A stretch of 64,000 nt of DNA from Basidiobolus meristosporus CBS 931.73 (GCA_002104905.1 MCFE01000105.1:106904-170903); one strand, 5' to 3'. Positions 1 through 13,501 are shown, counted from the stretch's first letter. The notes: generated by a model from the letters alone, not told the origin. A program made the numbers and translations.

Positions 1-788
1 TTGATCAAAGGCTTCTCCTGTGGATTAGGAACTTGATAGCCATGCGTTTTGATGAACGACTGGACCGAACGATCCCGTGATTGGATGTGTCGACGAAGAT
101 CTATTTCAAGTTGAAGAAGTTTAGATCAACGGCGAAACGCGATACAAGTATTGTCCCTTGGAACCTTGATACTGTGAGTCTTTTTTTTCCAGCTCGGTCA
201 TGAGGTGTTGTACCTCAGATGGCAAGTTATCAAGGCCTTGAAATATGAAAAAGTATTTAGTTGGCAAAAAAGCGACCTTTATTGCTTAAGACAGTTGAGT
301 TTAGCTCAGTATTGAGAAACATACTTGAAACGAATTCCTGTAGATACACTCCTGCATCTTCCATCTTTATGAGTAATCAAAGAAAAAGCCTCGTGTTTGT
401 ATGAAAAAAAGCTAGAACGGTGGACGACTATTTTGCTTTAAGCAGGATAGCTATTCACTTTGATTAAAACTACTCAATCAAGAATATGACCCAACGGTCA
501 GACACGTGATCAGGAAAGACAACTTTTGTGATACGCATTCCTATTACGGCCATGATTGCCATACAGCAGGGTTATCCAGAACTTTGGGTGCTACCTAACC
601 TGTTGGGGATAAAATATTCAGTTTCGCTATCAGCTGATACCCAGATGGTTGGAATCGTTTATATTATTCGATGGCTTCACAAAATATGTAGGGGATTTAT
701 ATATAGGTGGCTATATGAGTGGCTATATGAGTGGCTATTCGAGGTAGTTTACAAGGTTACAGACCTCCCAAAAAGATGTTGATGTAAT

Positions 789-2135
789 CTAGTGGGACTT
801 GACTTCGTAACTGGTTTCAATGTGATTCTCTTCATCTTTGTCCTGATATGAGACCTCGTCCTTTCTGAATTCGCCTTCCCACCTCGCCATTACAGCGGTT
901 GCGAGACAATTTCCTACGAGGTTTACGGTGGTACGCCCCATATCCATGATGGCATCAACGCCCAGGATTACCGCCACTGCTTCGTAGGGTAGATTGAACG
1001 ACTTCAACGCACCAGAGAGAATCACCAGAGAGGCTCTAGGAACAGCGGCAACACCTTTGGATGTCAACATCAAGGTCAACATCATCAGGAGTTGTTGGGC
1101 TATAGGCATGCTAATCCCGCCAGCTTGGGCTGCAAAGACAGAGGCCATGGCTAGATAGAGAGTGGACCCATCAAGATTAAAGGAGTATCCTGTGGGCATG
1201 ACAAAGGCCACGATCTTCTTTGACACGCCGTAGGCCTCCATGTTCTTCATCGCCCTGGGGAGAGCAGCCTCGGAAGAGGCAGTTGAGAAGGCAATTAGTG
1301 AAGGTTGGCCGATTGCCTTCAGGAAGCCACGAATTGGTAAGCGGCAGAGGAGAACGATTGGCACAAACACGATGAGAACGAAGATGATTAAAGCCAGATA
1401 CAAGGATCCAACCAACTTTCCAAGATTGACAAGGACAGAGATACCACTGTTGCCAACGGTGTATGCCATAGAGGCACCGATACCGATGGGAGCAAAATTC
1501 ATCACCAAACCAGTCACGGCAAACATGATATCAGACAAGCTCTGAAGCCATTTAAGCATAATGACTCTGGATTCCTCCGAAGTGGCCTTGACCATACCGA
1601 GAGAAAACATGATGGAGCAGAACACAACCTGCAAAACCTCATTTTTGACAGCCGACTCGAAGAAACTGGCAGTGATGATGTGATCCAAAACCCCTTGGAC
1701 GGTGATGGATGTATTGGCCAACTTTTCAGCCTCCGCTACCGACGCTCCTTGAAGGTTGACACCTCTGCCGGGATGCAGCACGTTGACAGTAATGAGCCCA
1801 ATCGCCAAGGCAATTGTGGTCACCACCTCGAAGTAGATGATCGACTTGAGCGCCAGTTTACCGATTTTCGCCAGATCGTCACCGTGGCCGGCGATACCAA
1901 CGGACAAGGTAGCAAAAATCAGAGGCACAATCAGGCACTTGATCATGGTGATGAAGATGTTAGCGACAGGCTTGAGCTCTTTCGAGAATGACGGAGCAAG
2001 CCACCCAAGTAGGATGCCAACAAACATAGCGATAAAAATCCAGGCAGTCATGTTGATCCGGCGAATCAATCTCCACGCAAGAACCAACGGGTTTCTGGTA
2101 GGTGGGCGAGCAGGAGCTTCGGGATTCGTGGCCAT
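789..2135 (-). CDS. Dicarboxylate/amino acid:cation symporter (DAACS/SDF family, GltP/DctA-like), intronless
   Basis: Multi-TM ORF with AFSTASSEAALP (HP1), PTGYSFNLDGSTLY (TM7) and GVDAIMDMGRTTVNLVGN (TM8). First in-frame ATG at 2135 (MATNPEAP). Confidence 0.93.
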   Translation of the reverse strand: MATNPEAPARPPTRNPLVLAWRLIRRINMTAWIFIAMFVGILLGWLAPSFSKELKPVANIFITMIKCLIVPLIFATLSVGIAGHGDDLAKIGKLALKSIIYFEVVTTIALAIGLITVNVLHPGRGVNLQGASVAEAEKLANTSITVQGVLDHIITASFFESAVKNEVLQVVFCSIMFSLGMVKATSEESRVIMLKWLQSLSDIMFAVTGLVMNFAPIGIGASMAYTVGNSGISVLVNLGKLVGSLYLALIIFVLIVFVPIVLLCRLPIRGFLKAIGQPSLIAFSTASSEAALPRAMKNMEAYGVSKKIVAFVMPTGYSFNLDGSTLYLAMASVFAAQAGGISMPIAQQLLMMLTLMLTSKGVAAVPRASLVILSGALKSFNLPYEAVAVILGVDAIMDMGRTTVNLVGNCLATAVMARWEGEFRKDEVSYQDKDEENHIETSYEVKSH

Positions 2136-3152
2136 GTTTGAGAAGGCTTTACAGTAATTCAAAACGAATTAAGGCCTCCTCGTGTGCGGTGGATGGGGTT
2201 TTATACGCAATCCGAGCGAGTACCCGCTGCCTTTCGTAAGTCAGAGGCTTTCTACGGCGTACCAATTAAAACACCCACCTCCATCGACCTGCCCAATGAC
2301 GAACCCCCCACAACCGGTTATCTCTGTCGTTCGAAATATAAGGATCCTATATTCCTACGTCTTGGATGTCGTATAGGACGAACAGGTGAGCTACAAGATG
2401 GTTACCTTTTATGTAAACAATTACTATTCTGGTGTGGTTGATGTACGCGGTCAAGAGGTACAATTCGGTTGGCATTACAATACAGGTTAGAGGGTAAAAC
2501 AAGGTTTCCATTGCAAGGATTCCATTCGAATCAATGAACTCTAACCTCACATAAGGGTACTTGACCCGGGGTTTCTTGTAGCATAGTTACTCGGTCTGGC
2601 ATTAGGTGAGTTGATTTGTCGGAAGCTAGAGTTCGATGGAGCTTAAACGTGCATCTTGCCTAGCGATTGGTTGTGTGATCGGCTAAGGTTTAGAGCACAT
2701 GGTACTTTTACTTGTGCCTTTGTGAATGATTCACACGATTCAATCTGCTTTGCCAAATGCGAATCATGAGCCTGGGTAAAGGAGGGGATTCTGGTTCATG
2801 GGAATATCCCTCTGATGGGAATATTTCGCATGAAACGATTAATCATTATGCGTGTATGTGATCGAAACAAGTGTTGTATGATTGCGATCGAAACGCGGAC
2901 TTTACTTAAAATTATGTATGCATGATCAGGCAGGTAGAAGTGATAAGTGGTGAACTAAATTAGCAACGATATGAGGGTTATGGTTATGGTTATGGCTATG
3001 GTTTTGGTTTTGGTTAGAACTAGGTCAAAACTAAGGTGAGATAGAGTGGATGTGCAAATGAGTGGATAGATATAAAATAGGCGCACCGCCACCCACTCGC
3101 TTCTCTCAATCTATAGGAGCGCACCATCCAGACGAAAAATACTGTGTGCTTT

Positions 3153-4442
3153 CTACAAAAGACCAAGGTCCCGGAGATTGGTCTGGATAATGCTGTCGTT
3201 TACTGCAGCCATGACAAACTTGATTTGCTGAGTATCCGTTGCACAGGTGAAGTGTGTATACACTTGTTTGCTGTCGGAGTGGTTGAGAGCAACAAATCGA
3301 TGCTCGATGTACTTGCAAGCCAGATCGTAGTCCTCACCCCCTGTAATGTCACTCGGTAAGTTGGGAATGGCTAAACCGAGTGGATTGAGTAACGTACCTG
3401 TGTAATCAGGGAAATATTGCTGCATTGGTGATCGCAGAATTTTCTCTTTGAAGAGATCGATTTTGTTTAAAAATAAGATAATCGACGTCTTGACAAACCA
3501 ACGAGAATTGCAAATCGAGTCAAATAAAGTCAATGCCTCTTGCATCCGATTCTGAAAAGACCGAGTTAGATTCAAGGGACGAAAAAGGCCACAGGATGGC
3601 TGCATACCACTGTCTCGTCCTCAATCAATGTCTGGTCATACTCGCTTATGGCCACCATAAACACTATGACTGTGACGTTCTCAAAGCAGTGGATCCACTT
3701 CTTTCTCTCTGAGCGTTGCCCACCAACATCCAGCATACGGTAGGTTAAATCGCCGACGTGGAAAATTGTCTCGGTAATTCCGGTTGTTTTGACGCGAGAC
3801 CGTAAGACATCCTGATCAGTTGGGATGTAATCCGGAGACGCTATGCGTTCTATCGAGTCAAAATAGCTAAAAATTGAATCCGGGGTTTAATACTCGGACG
3901 ACGCATAACAGCGGCGAGCGTGCTTACTATTTGGCCGAATCGTTGAGCTGATATTCTCTCGAGCGAGTAAAGCATTCCTGCACTCCCTGATCAGCCCATA
4001 ACGCTTTTACTGCGGTGGCGACCTCGCTTGACAGAGAATCGCACTCCATCTGGGAGGGAAGGTCCATAATGGCATCAACATGGATCGCGTTTTTCTGGTC
4101 TGCGAGACTTAACTTCATGCTCACCATGGCTTCGAGTATCACCCGTAAGGATTGTACAGTGTTTGAGAAAATGATCTCTTTGAAAGATTCACGCTCGTCT
4201 ACACTGTAGCCTCCTTCGTGAATCAGTTTCATTTGCTTTAACACGGTACTTTTACCAGATTCACCAGCACCTGTTGTGAGAATTTAATAAATAGCGCACG
4301 GGCTTAGGCTTGAGCGAAACTTACCGAGTAAAAGCATTTTAATCTCGTTGCGTTGGGACAATTTGTCCTTCTTTATCTGACTATCTATTTCGTTGTTTTT
4401 GCGGCGTCCATCAAGATCTTCCTGGCTAATGCAGCAGCCCAT
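3153..4442 (-). CDS. Heterotrimeric G-protein alpha subunit (Gi-like, fungal group I), multi-exon
   Basis: MGCC N-terminus (ATG 4442). Intron 4271-4324 splits [26 protein letters not shown] and TCATDT motifs present. Ends NLRDLGLL* at 3153. Confidence 0.95.
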
Positions 4443-5110
4443 GATTGTGTACTATTGTGTGGTGGTATTATGTCGTGAAATCAGAAATATTCGAAAAAAA
4501 AAGCACTTCTAGGCTTCACTTGTCAACAAGAAGTTTCGAACAGCTTATTCTTTTGTCTATACCAAGTAAACAGAGCGAAACAAAGAGATTTTATACAACA
4601 GCGTTGGGAATAGAAATGATGTAGGTCAAGGAAACTTCTCAGTGAATTTAAGAGTTTAGTTGGATTTAAGTATCACTCAAGAACCATCTGGGTTCCAAGA
4701 ATGAAAGATTTCGGATTATATTGATTTCTAATAACGCCAAAATACATCAATTCTTTTGTACTGATATAATTGAATTGGTGAGAGAGAGGGCCTACCAAAA
4801 GAGCCCCGTTTCCCACCTCTCTCCACGTGATTCGATGGGGGAATTAAAACGAAGGCCAAATTGGGAATACTGAAAGAAGATTAATGTATATGTGCACCAT
4901 TCATTTTTCCGGATGCGATCTCACCACAAAGACTGACCTGATGAAATACCAGGAACGAGGATGAAATCTACCAGGTGGAAGTCGGGGGTTTTTCAGTTAT
5001 TCCGCCGGAATCAAGCACTGTTACAGCATCTGCTACAATTCATTGTATCATGATGACTATAAAGCACCGTACACGCGCTAGCTGACTTTTGCCTCCAATA
5101 CTCAACCGCG

Positions 5111-8042
5111 ATGGTACAAGGCCTCTTTGCAATTCTGTTATGGGCGCTGGGCTCCGTAGCGGTGATCGGACATAAGGTTAGGGTGAACACTGTGTGATGC
5201 AATTGTCAGGGAATTGACCAGGGAATCGGCCCTTCGAAAGGTGGGGAACTTCGATCGCAGCGTATTGGAGGAGGAAGCATCGGCTATTCTCCAGGACCTG
5301 GACCAGAGCTACAATCCTTGCGAGGACTTTTACAAATACAGCTGTAATAGTCGAAGTCTATATATAATAGGCTACCCCATGATCAAACCAACTAAACCTT
5401 TTTGAATAGGTGGGGGCTGGCAAAAACGACACACCCGTTTGTCAGACATCAGTATCATGGGGTTGGTGAATGCTCAGAACCAGGTTAGTAATTAGAAATC
5501 CTGATGCCGGATTTGGCCATGGCTAACTCGCCGTAGCTCTCCCTATTGGAGATCCTTGAAAACGAGCCTGAAATCCTGGCCACCTCCACTGAAGTGGACC
5601 GAGAGATCTATAAGAAGGCCCGGGCCTTTTATCGTGCGTGCTTGGATGTCGAGAAGATTAATGCGTTTGGGGTCAAGCCATTGGTGCCTCTGCTCCAGCT
5701 CGTAGTTACCGAGTTCCCGGTTGACGAAGACGACCGGAGCATAGATTTCCGAAAGCTAAGCATTGCTCTGGGGAGAGTGAGTCAGCAGGGGATCTGGCAT
5801 CTGTTTGGTGTGGATGTGGATGCGGACTCCAAGAGCCCATTGCAAAATGCAGTTTACCTTATGCAGCCGCATTTGGGACTGCCTAGTCTTGAGTATTATT
5901 CAGAACCCCAGGTGCTCAAAATCTATCAGGTTGCCATGGTAGCAATCCTGTCACAGCTATCCAAAGACCTGCGAGCCTTGGGGCACAGCTTCGAGGTGTT
6001 CGCGGACTCCAACATAGCCAAGCTTTCTAAAGAAATCATCAAATTCGAGCAACTACTGTCCAAGTACATGGCAACAAAGTACGTACGGTATAGAGATCCA
6101 CTTGTATGTCTGATAGCTAAGCGTGTCTTAGGGAACAAATATCCAATCCTGCCCTGACGTACAACCCCTTCAACATCGACTCGCTCGCCCAACTCTCCCC
6201 CAAAATCGACTGGAGGTTGTTCTTCTCGACCATCAAAAAATCACTCAATCATACCGATGTAACCATCGGAGAATCCACGGTCCTGGTAGCTAAGGTTCCG
6301 GAATTCCTGCGCCATTTATCAAAGGATGTTTTGACATCATCCAGTCCCCAAGCTGTGCAGGGGTTTCTGATTTGGAGGATCATTACCAGGAACATTAACT
6401 TTCTACCAGACTATTATCGCAAGCTGTTCTCGCTGATTCAGGGGAAAATATCAGGCGCTAAGGGAGCCGAGCCAAGGATGGAAATGTGCCTTGCACTAGC
6501 AGATGAAGCGATGGGCCCGATTTTGGGGAGATACTTCGTGTTGCAGCATTTTGGAGGTATTCATCTGTCAAGCAGCGTTTGGTTGAGTGAGCATTAGAGC
6601 TTTTTGTATCTTGCCAGGCAACAGCCAACAGCTAGCGAACAGGCTGATTTCTGATATCAAGAGGACCTTCAAAAATCGGTTATCTGGTATCAAGTGGCTT
6701 AACCAAGAAGGAAGGGATCGCGCCAGAGAGAAGGTCGGATCAATGCATAGCCATAGAGCTTCATGGCTAACTGGCAATTTTAGATTGACCACCTGGTCCA
6801 GAAAATCGGCTATTCACAGAAATCACCCGATACCATGTCCCCAGACTCGTTGAAAAAACACTATGAGCATCTGGAGGTTGATCCATATGACCATTTCGGG
6901 AATGCTCTACGCTATCGGGTGTGGACCTTCGAAAATCATTTTAATCGAATTGGAAAGCCGGTTGATAGGGAAGAGTGGAAAGATTCGCCCATCACTGTTA
7001 ATGCTTTCTACGTAAGAAATCCGTGAAACGTCATATGTGTCTTGTGGATATTACTAACTGTATCCTCAGAATCATCGTAGAAACGAAATCGAGTTTCCCG
7101 CTGGTAATGGAATACTTGTGCAGAAGATCTGACCATGCTCCTAACAACTGTTGCAGGGATTTTGCAGAAACCGCTCTACGATGCTAATAGGCCTGACTAT
7201 CTGAACTACGGGGCTATTGGTTCTATAGTTGGTCATGAGCTTACGGTGGGAGTCATTCCCCTCCACTTCAGTAGCACAACGTTCTAATCGATTCATACTG
7301 CTGTAGCATGGATATGACAACAAAGGCAGCATGTTTGATAAATTCGGGATGCAGCGTCAGGTAGGATCTCGTAGAGCTCTGTCAAGATGTAGCAGCTACT
7401 AAGATTGTCAGTGGTGGGATGACGATACAATCAACGCATTTTCGGAAAAAACCCAATGCCTGGTTGACCAGTATTCCAAGCTTAAAGTTCGAATCAATAA
7501 GAAAGATCATGCGATCAACCCGAAACTTACTCTAGGAGAAAACATAGCAGGTATTTCCTCATTGAACCACTAGATATGGTGTTTGTTTGGGACGAATATT
7601 AACCATATCTTAGATAATGCTGGGTAAGCCGGTTCTGCCTCATATGTGCTAAATAGATTGGATGTTTAATGTATATTCAGAGTAATCGAGGCTTACCATG
7701 CATGGAAAAACTCCTCCTCGAGCCCCGAATCATTCACAGGGAACAATCCACAGTTGCCGGGCATGGAAAATACTACCGTTGAACAGCTGTTTTTCATTTC
7801 TTATGCAAGGATGTGGTGTAGCAACATCCAGGATACCGCATCGCTGCATCGGGTAAGTCAATGCATACGATAAAATCCCCGAGAAACAATCCTGAATTTG
7901 TCATTAGCTTCGTATAGATACCCATTCCCCAGACAATCATAGGGTGAATGGAGTGTTGCGGAACAACAGGGAGTTCGCCGAAGCATTCAAGTGTCCATTA
8001 GGATCGCCCATGAATCCACCCAAAAAATGTACGATATGGTAG
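5111..8042 (+). CDS. M13 family metallopeptidase (neprilysin/endothelin-converting-enzyme-like), predicted signal peptide, many introns
   Basis: [29 protein letters not shown]|HG (HExxH split by an intron near 7246), GENIA, C-terminal [10 protein letters not shown]. Start at 5111 ([14 protein letters not shown]) is inferred; the first intron (5177-5240) is tentative. Confidence 0.88.
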
Positions 8043-8441
8043 CCTGAGACGAAATCACTAGAATAATGTGACCAATACACTCGTCGTATTAGTATTCTTG
8101 TCGGCTGGCCGGGTGTTTCGGACCAGTACCGACATTGTGAATAAACTTGGTAATTTACCACATCCATAAATCGCACCCATACCCAAGAATTATTGTGTCG
8201 AAACGGTTATTTCTTGCGCAATTTTGACTCCCCTCATCCAATGGTGACCTGGGATCATATCAAACAGGGGCCTTGGTATTTTCAGCTGCTTTCGGTCCAA
8301 TACACAGTCATATTGGATTATTAAGCAGCGTTTGATTACATTATCTATAACCGTAGATCCATGACTGAAGCAGCCTCTTTTCAGTAGTCTGCTCGTTTGA
8401 TTCTTCTGAACTAGCTGCAAACTAAGCCATTTCTAGCACCT

Positions 8442-9969
8442 ATGAATTACGGGCAAGAATCGAACTGGGGAGGACTTCCCTTGGATATTTTGGCCATGGT
8501 GATGCACCTGTTGCCTGATAACCAAGACGTCGCCAACTGTTGTTTGGTCAACACAGCTTGGTCTAAGGTAGCCAACCCTGTATTGTGGCGTCGCCCCAAG
8601 TTTAATAGTTTCTCAGCAGCCAAAGCCTTCCTGGAATTTGCCAAGAAATACCAGGAACCACCGCCAGGTAATTTCTTCAGTTTGGTCTACACCTTCCCGT
8701 GTGCTAATAAATCGCTACCTTTTTCTAGACTCGAAACTAAGACTCGTCCGAATCTTGGATTTAAGAAGATCATACAGCCTTGAGAAACTGCTGGACCGTT
8801 TCCCGAACATACAGTGTTTATACCTGCCTAGACGTCCACTCAACTTCTCCTATGAAACTCTCCATTTCCCTCAGCTAAAAAAAATCCGAAACGTTCGTTT
8901 AGACTTTGAAGATTGCGGATACTCCCAGCTGAGCCATATATTTCGCCAGTGCCCTTTGTTGGAGGAATTAAGTGTTGATATCAAGGAGAAACCGAATCAA
9001 GGTTTGACGCTTCCTCTTCCGATTGCCAGCCGATTGACCTCTCTAAGTATCACCTGGGACGGATTTGAATATTGGGAGCGGATCGAGGAGAGAGCTCCAT
9101 TGATCATAGACTTTATAAGGGCTATACTGAAAGCCCTGGTGTTACCAATGAAACATTTCAGCCTCAAGCTTGAGCATCCGGTATACTCGGACCCTAATCA
9201 ACCCGAGAAAGGGCATTTCCTCCAGTTGGTTGATGGTCCTTGGTCGGAATTGCGGAGCCTTGAGTTGGACGGAGTCGAACTAGACGCTCTGACCCTACCG
9301 CATCTAACCCAAGTACTTCCCACCGATTTGACCTCACTCAAATTGGCTCAGTTCTACCCTCCAAAGCAACCAGTAAGCCTGGCTCCTTGGGAGCAGCTTA
9401 TAGCAAAATGCGGCAAGTCGTTGACCTCGCTATATCTTATCAACGACCAGCTACCGGAACATATCGAGCGAGCGATCGGAGACTCCTGCCCACAGCTTCG
9501 AAATCTGATATTGATGGGATCCAACCTGAATGATCACTGCGTGAGTTATATAATAGAGAAGGCTGCTAAATCACTGGAATATATGGAGATCGAGGCGGTC
9601 CTCACTTCGCGCACTCTGGAGACCATCTTTCACTACTGCCAATTAAAGGTGCTGAACCTGGAGTCCTTCGACCCTGACACTCGACCCACATACACCATGC
9701 CTCCGAAGGAGTTCTTCTCCCAGCTGGAAAACCTTTCACTCTATGGATTTCGCGTCCAGACACCGCTGTTGGAAGGGATTCTGCAGTACGGAAAGAGGAT
9801 CACCAAGCTCGTGATTAAAGATCACGAAACGCTGGAGGTGTCCAAGCTAAAGACGGTCGTGGAGGGGCTACCGCGTCTAAAGGAATTCGAGTTTTGTCAG
9901 CCGCTGCTCCACCTGGACGGACGTACCGAGATTATGGATCTCATGGAGCAGTTCTCTAACCAAACTTAG
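8442..9969 (+). CDS. F-box/LRR-like protein (2 exons, intron about 8668-8728)
   Basis: N-terminal F-box (LPLDILAMVMHLL...CCLVNTAWSKVANPVLW) spliced to the leucine-rich repeat region of the 443-aa ORF. Confidence 0.8.
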
Positions 9970-10205
9970 ACTCAGAGGATGTATTGGACAGCCTCAAAAA
10001 TCCAACTAGAACGAAGAATCCATTTACATATGTATATCAATGAAACACATCTGTTCATACCAGTGTCATCGTCATTGCCTTGAATTTTCCAATTTCCCAA
10101 TCCGTTATGATTGTTAATCCAAAAGGTCAACCCTCTGGGATCACATGATATAAATATTAAAATTCCTCTGGACATGGCTCACCTGTCTACAACCACTTTG
10201 TCACA

Positions 10206-10730
10206 ATGTCAATTACAGAGGAAGTACTTCAACAAGCTTTGCTAGAGAGACTCGAGGCGGAATACGTCGTACGTTAAGCTTACCGATCATGTTCTTGGAA
10301 GATGCGTTAATCCTGATTTTTGTGTTTCCTTTGATTTCAAATAGGACGTCGTCGACATCTCTGGTAGGTTCCTATAATAAGAGCGTTTTTTGCGCTCCGT
10401 ATCACTCATATATTTGCAAGGCGGTTGCGGACAGAGCTTCGAAGTTGTGATAGTCTCCTCCAAATTCGAGGGCAAGCCACCTCTACAACGTCACAGGTGA
10501 CTGATTTGTTTCGCAACGACCAACCACTATATATACGACCTGGGACTAAACCTAACCCATAGGCTAGTTAACGAAGCCATCAAAGAAGAGATCAGCCAAG
10601 TGCATGCCATCACTCAAGTAACCAGCTCCCTACCTCCTTTTGAGTAGCCATGTATCTCTCTAACACCTCGAACTCCTTCTAGAAAACCTACACCCCTGCA
10701 CAATGGGCAAAGATTCAACAACAGCAGTAA
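10206..10730 (+). CDS. BolA2/Bol2(Fra2)-like protein, 86 aa, 5 exons (absent from the ORF track)
   Basis: Exons 10206-10268, 10345-10363, 10421-10496, 10563-10617 and 10683-10730, all with GT-AG introns. They give [86 protein letters not shown], with BolA motifs GCGQSF and QRHRLVN. Confidence 0.9.
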
Positions 10731-11183
10731 TGTACGGTCAATATGACCAATGGGACAGCGGTCGGTTACCATAATTCCGATTGATAGATGTGTCTTGTAA
10801 TACCTGCGCTTTTGTTTATCATTAAAAGAGTGTTTTTACTGGTACTTCAGGCTGAAATTATGCTTATTCGATTCATGTGCGGTATATATTTACAAGTCCT
10901 TGTTTGTACAGTGGGGCCTGTTGGGAAGACCAAGCAATCACAACAAATCAGAGGTATAAGCTTCAATAAGCACAGCGAACCTCCAAAAACACGTCAGTAA
11001 ACGGAATCCCACAGATGTAGAAGCAGTCGCAAAAAGCATATTCCTATCAGAAACTTTTTATTCACATTATGTCTAGATAGAGAAAGTGGGTCGAACAGCT
11101 CAAAACCTATTCAACATGAGATAAGGAATTAAAGATACAGAGAATTTTGTGACAGTAAGGAAGCAAATAGGGAGTGGACTAGT

Positions 11184-11894
11184 TTATTCCTCCTTCTTCT
11201 CTTCCTCAGCAGCCTCCTCCTTCTCCTCAGCCTTCTCCTCCTCCTCTTCTTCGTCATCAGAATCCTCCTTTTGAAGGGAGGCGTTGATCTTTTGAACTTC
11301 CTCGAACTTGTCCTTGAAGAGGTTGGCGTTTTCGGAGTTGGCGAAACGAATAGCCAAAGTCTCAGCGGTTGGCTCACCGTCGGCGATATCGGCGGTGGTG
11401 TTCCAGACCCAAGAACGGTCAGAGCCAACGTTAGGGGTAAGAGCCATATCGGAGGTGACGTAGTGGTTGGCGCAGACCTTGTGGGTTTGGTCACGACGCA
11501 TGACAAGACGGACCTTGCCAGAGACCTTGTGCTTCAAGAAGCGGACATCACCGGTACCACGTTCCTTCCATTCCTTCAATTCTTTATCGAAACGGAAGAG
11601 CTTGGCACGCCTTTGAAAACAGACCAGATGAGAAAGGAGGACAAAAATAAGAGTGCTGGGAGAGTTTGGGACTTACATCTTGAAAAGAGACTCCTCATCC
11701 TCTTCGAGGGTCTTGACCTCGACCTCATCAAGCTTGATAACGGGCTCGAAGTGAACTTCAGGGGAGTTCTCAACTTCCTCCTCCTTCTACATAGAACAGA
11801 TAGAAGGGTGGGTGAGATGCAACAACAGCTGACAAGGGGAAGCACTAGTTACCTTGACTTCGTCAACAACAGTCTTAGGTTCGGTATCGGCCAT
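11184..11894 (-). CDS. YRB1: Ran-binding protein 1 (RanBD), 3 exons
   Basis: MADTEPK start at 11894. [41 protein letters not shown] and acidic tail. Confidence 0.95.
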
Positions 11895-12349
11895 GTTCAG
11901 TTTTCTTTGAGTTCACTAGGGAAGCAAAAACGATGGCATCTGGTACGTAATAGATGCTAGTTTTATCCCCAGGCCCATGCCCGAAAAAAATCACTGACTC
12001 CCTGGGTCTAGCAACAAGAAATGCCAGCATGATCTTTTTTATTCTAGCTACTGAATTCGATTGTTATTCAAGGCTGGCATCCCAATTTAATCGTAAGCAC
12101 TCTCAGCAACTTATTATGTATACATTGGATGGAAAAGATTCGATCAGCTTCTCTGGAGAATCACCAATAAGCTGAACGCAGCCAATTTATCAGATAACCA
12201 ACATGCCGTCTCAAGTGTAACAAAATATCCATGTATTACATCACCTGACCGAGGCCAACGAGTATGCCTCTCCATCGCATCTTGCTTATTATCTTGCTTA
12301 CCGAGGCGATTGTGCGATTTTTTTTCCAGAGGGGGTTTTTTTCCATCGA

Positions 12350-12360
12350 GAAAATTTTTT
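12350..12360. promoter_or_regulatory. RRPE-like element (GAAAATTTTTT) upstream of fibrillarin
   Basis: Resembles the yeast RRPE (TGAAAAWTTT), about 150 bp before a ribosome-biogenesis gene. Could also be simple poly(dA:dT). Confidence 0.3.
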
Positions 12361-12504
12361 TTTCTTTTTTTAGGATAGAAACCAGTGTTTCAACGCAAAA
12401 AGGAAAACTTCGTCAAGGAGAGCTTGATTCCTTTGGTATTTGAAACTTCCGAATACCTCCCTCTTCGTTTCTTCTTTTTGTAACGTACCTACTTTTCTTG
12501 AATC

Positions 12505-13501
12505 ATGGGTTTTGGTAATCGCGGTGGTGGTGGTGGTGGTCGTGGCGGCTTCGGCGGCGGTCGCGGCGGAGGTCGTGGTGGCGGCCGTGGTGGCTTCGGC
12601 GGCGGTGCTCGTGGTATGTTCTGCTTTACTTTTGCTTTGAAGATTCCAGCTAAATGATAATTCTCGTATAGGCGGCCGTGGCGGAATTCAAAAGCGTGGT
12701 GGAGGTCGCGGTGGAGCCCGTGGTGGTGCTCGTGGTGGCGCTCGCGGTGGAGGCCGTGGTGGCAGGGGTGGAGCCCGTGGAGGAGCCAAGGTTGTCGTTG
12801 AGCCCCACAGACACGAGGGAGTTTTCGTCGCTCGTGGTAAAGAGGATTTGCTCGTCACCAAGAATCTCGTCCCCGGTGAGGCTGTTTACGGCGAAAAGAG
12901 AGTCGCTGTTGAAGGGCCTGATGGCACTAAAGTCGAGTACCGTGTGTGGAATCCTTTCCGCTCCAAGTTGGCTGCCGGTATTTTGGGAGGTGTTGATCAT
13001 GTTCATATTGCTCCTGGCAAGAAGGTTCTTTACCTCGGTGGTGCTTCTGGAACCACTGTTTCCCATGTCGCTGATATTGTTGGACCTGAGGGTGTTGTCT
13101 ACGCCGTCGAATTCTCTCATCGTCCCGGCCGTGAGCTTATCAACATGGCCAAGAAGCGTACCAACGTAGTCCCTATTGTTGAAGATGCTCGTCACCCCCA
13201 CAAGTACCGCATGTTCGTTGGTATGGTAGATGTGATCTTTGCTGATGTTGCTCAGCCTGATCAAGCTAGAATCATCGCTTTGAACGCTCACAACTTCTTG
13301 AAGAATGGTGGACATATCGTCATCTCCATTAAGGCTAACTGTATCGACTCGACTGTTGACGCCGCTAAGGTCTTCGCCTCCGAAGTCAAGAAGCTTCAGC
13401 AAGAGCGCATCAAGCCCCAGGAACAGTTGACCTTGGAGCCTTATGAACGTGACCACGCTCTTGTCGTTGGTGTGTACAGACCTCTTGCAAAGAAGAACTA
13501 G
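12505..13501 (+). CDS. NOP1: Fibrillarin (rRNA 2'-O-methyltransferase), 2 exons
   Basis: RGG-rich GAR N-terminus from ATG 12505, intron near 12613-12671, [38 protein letters not shown]. Confidence 0.97.

Noticed and set aside
1-530. Possible partial gene at the window start
   Set aside because: Only short open stretches on either strand and no recognisable product.
700-745. (GGCTATATGAGT) x about 2.5; also (TATGGT)n near 2977-3015 and (GAGGCA)n near 14895-14917
   Set aside because: Short simple tandem repeats in UTR or intergenic DNA. They have no unique spacers (not CRISPR) and are not true telomeric arrays.
3153-3170. G-alpha C-terminus DLGLL lacks the -4 Cys typical of Gi-type subunits
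   Set aside because: A single-residue variant within the range seen among fungal G-alpha paralogues.
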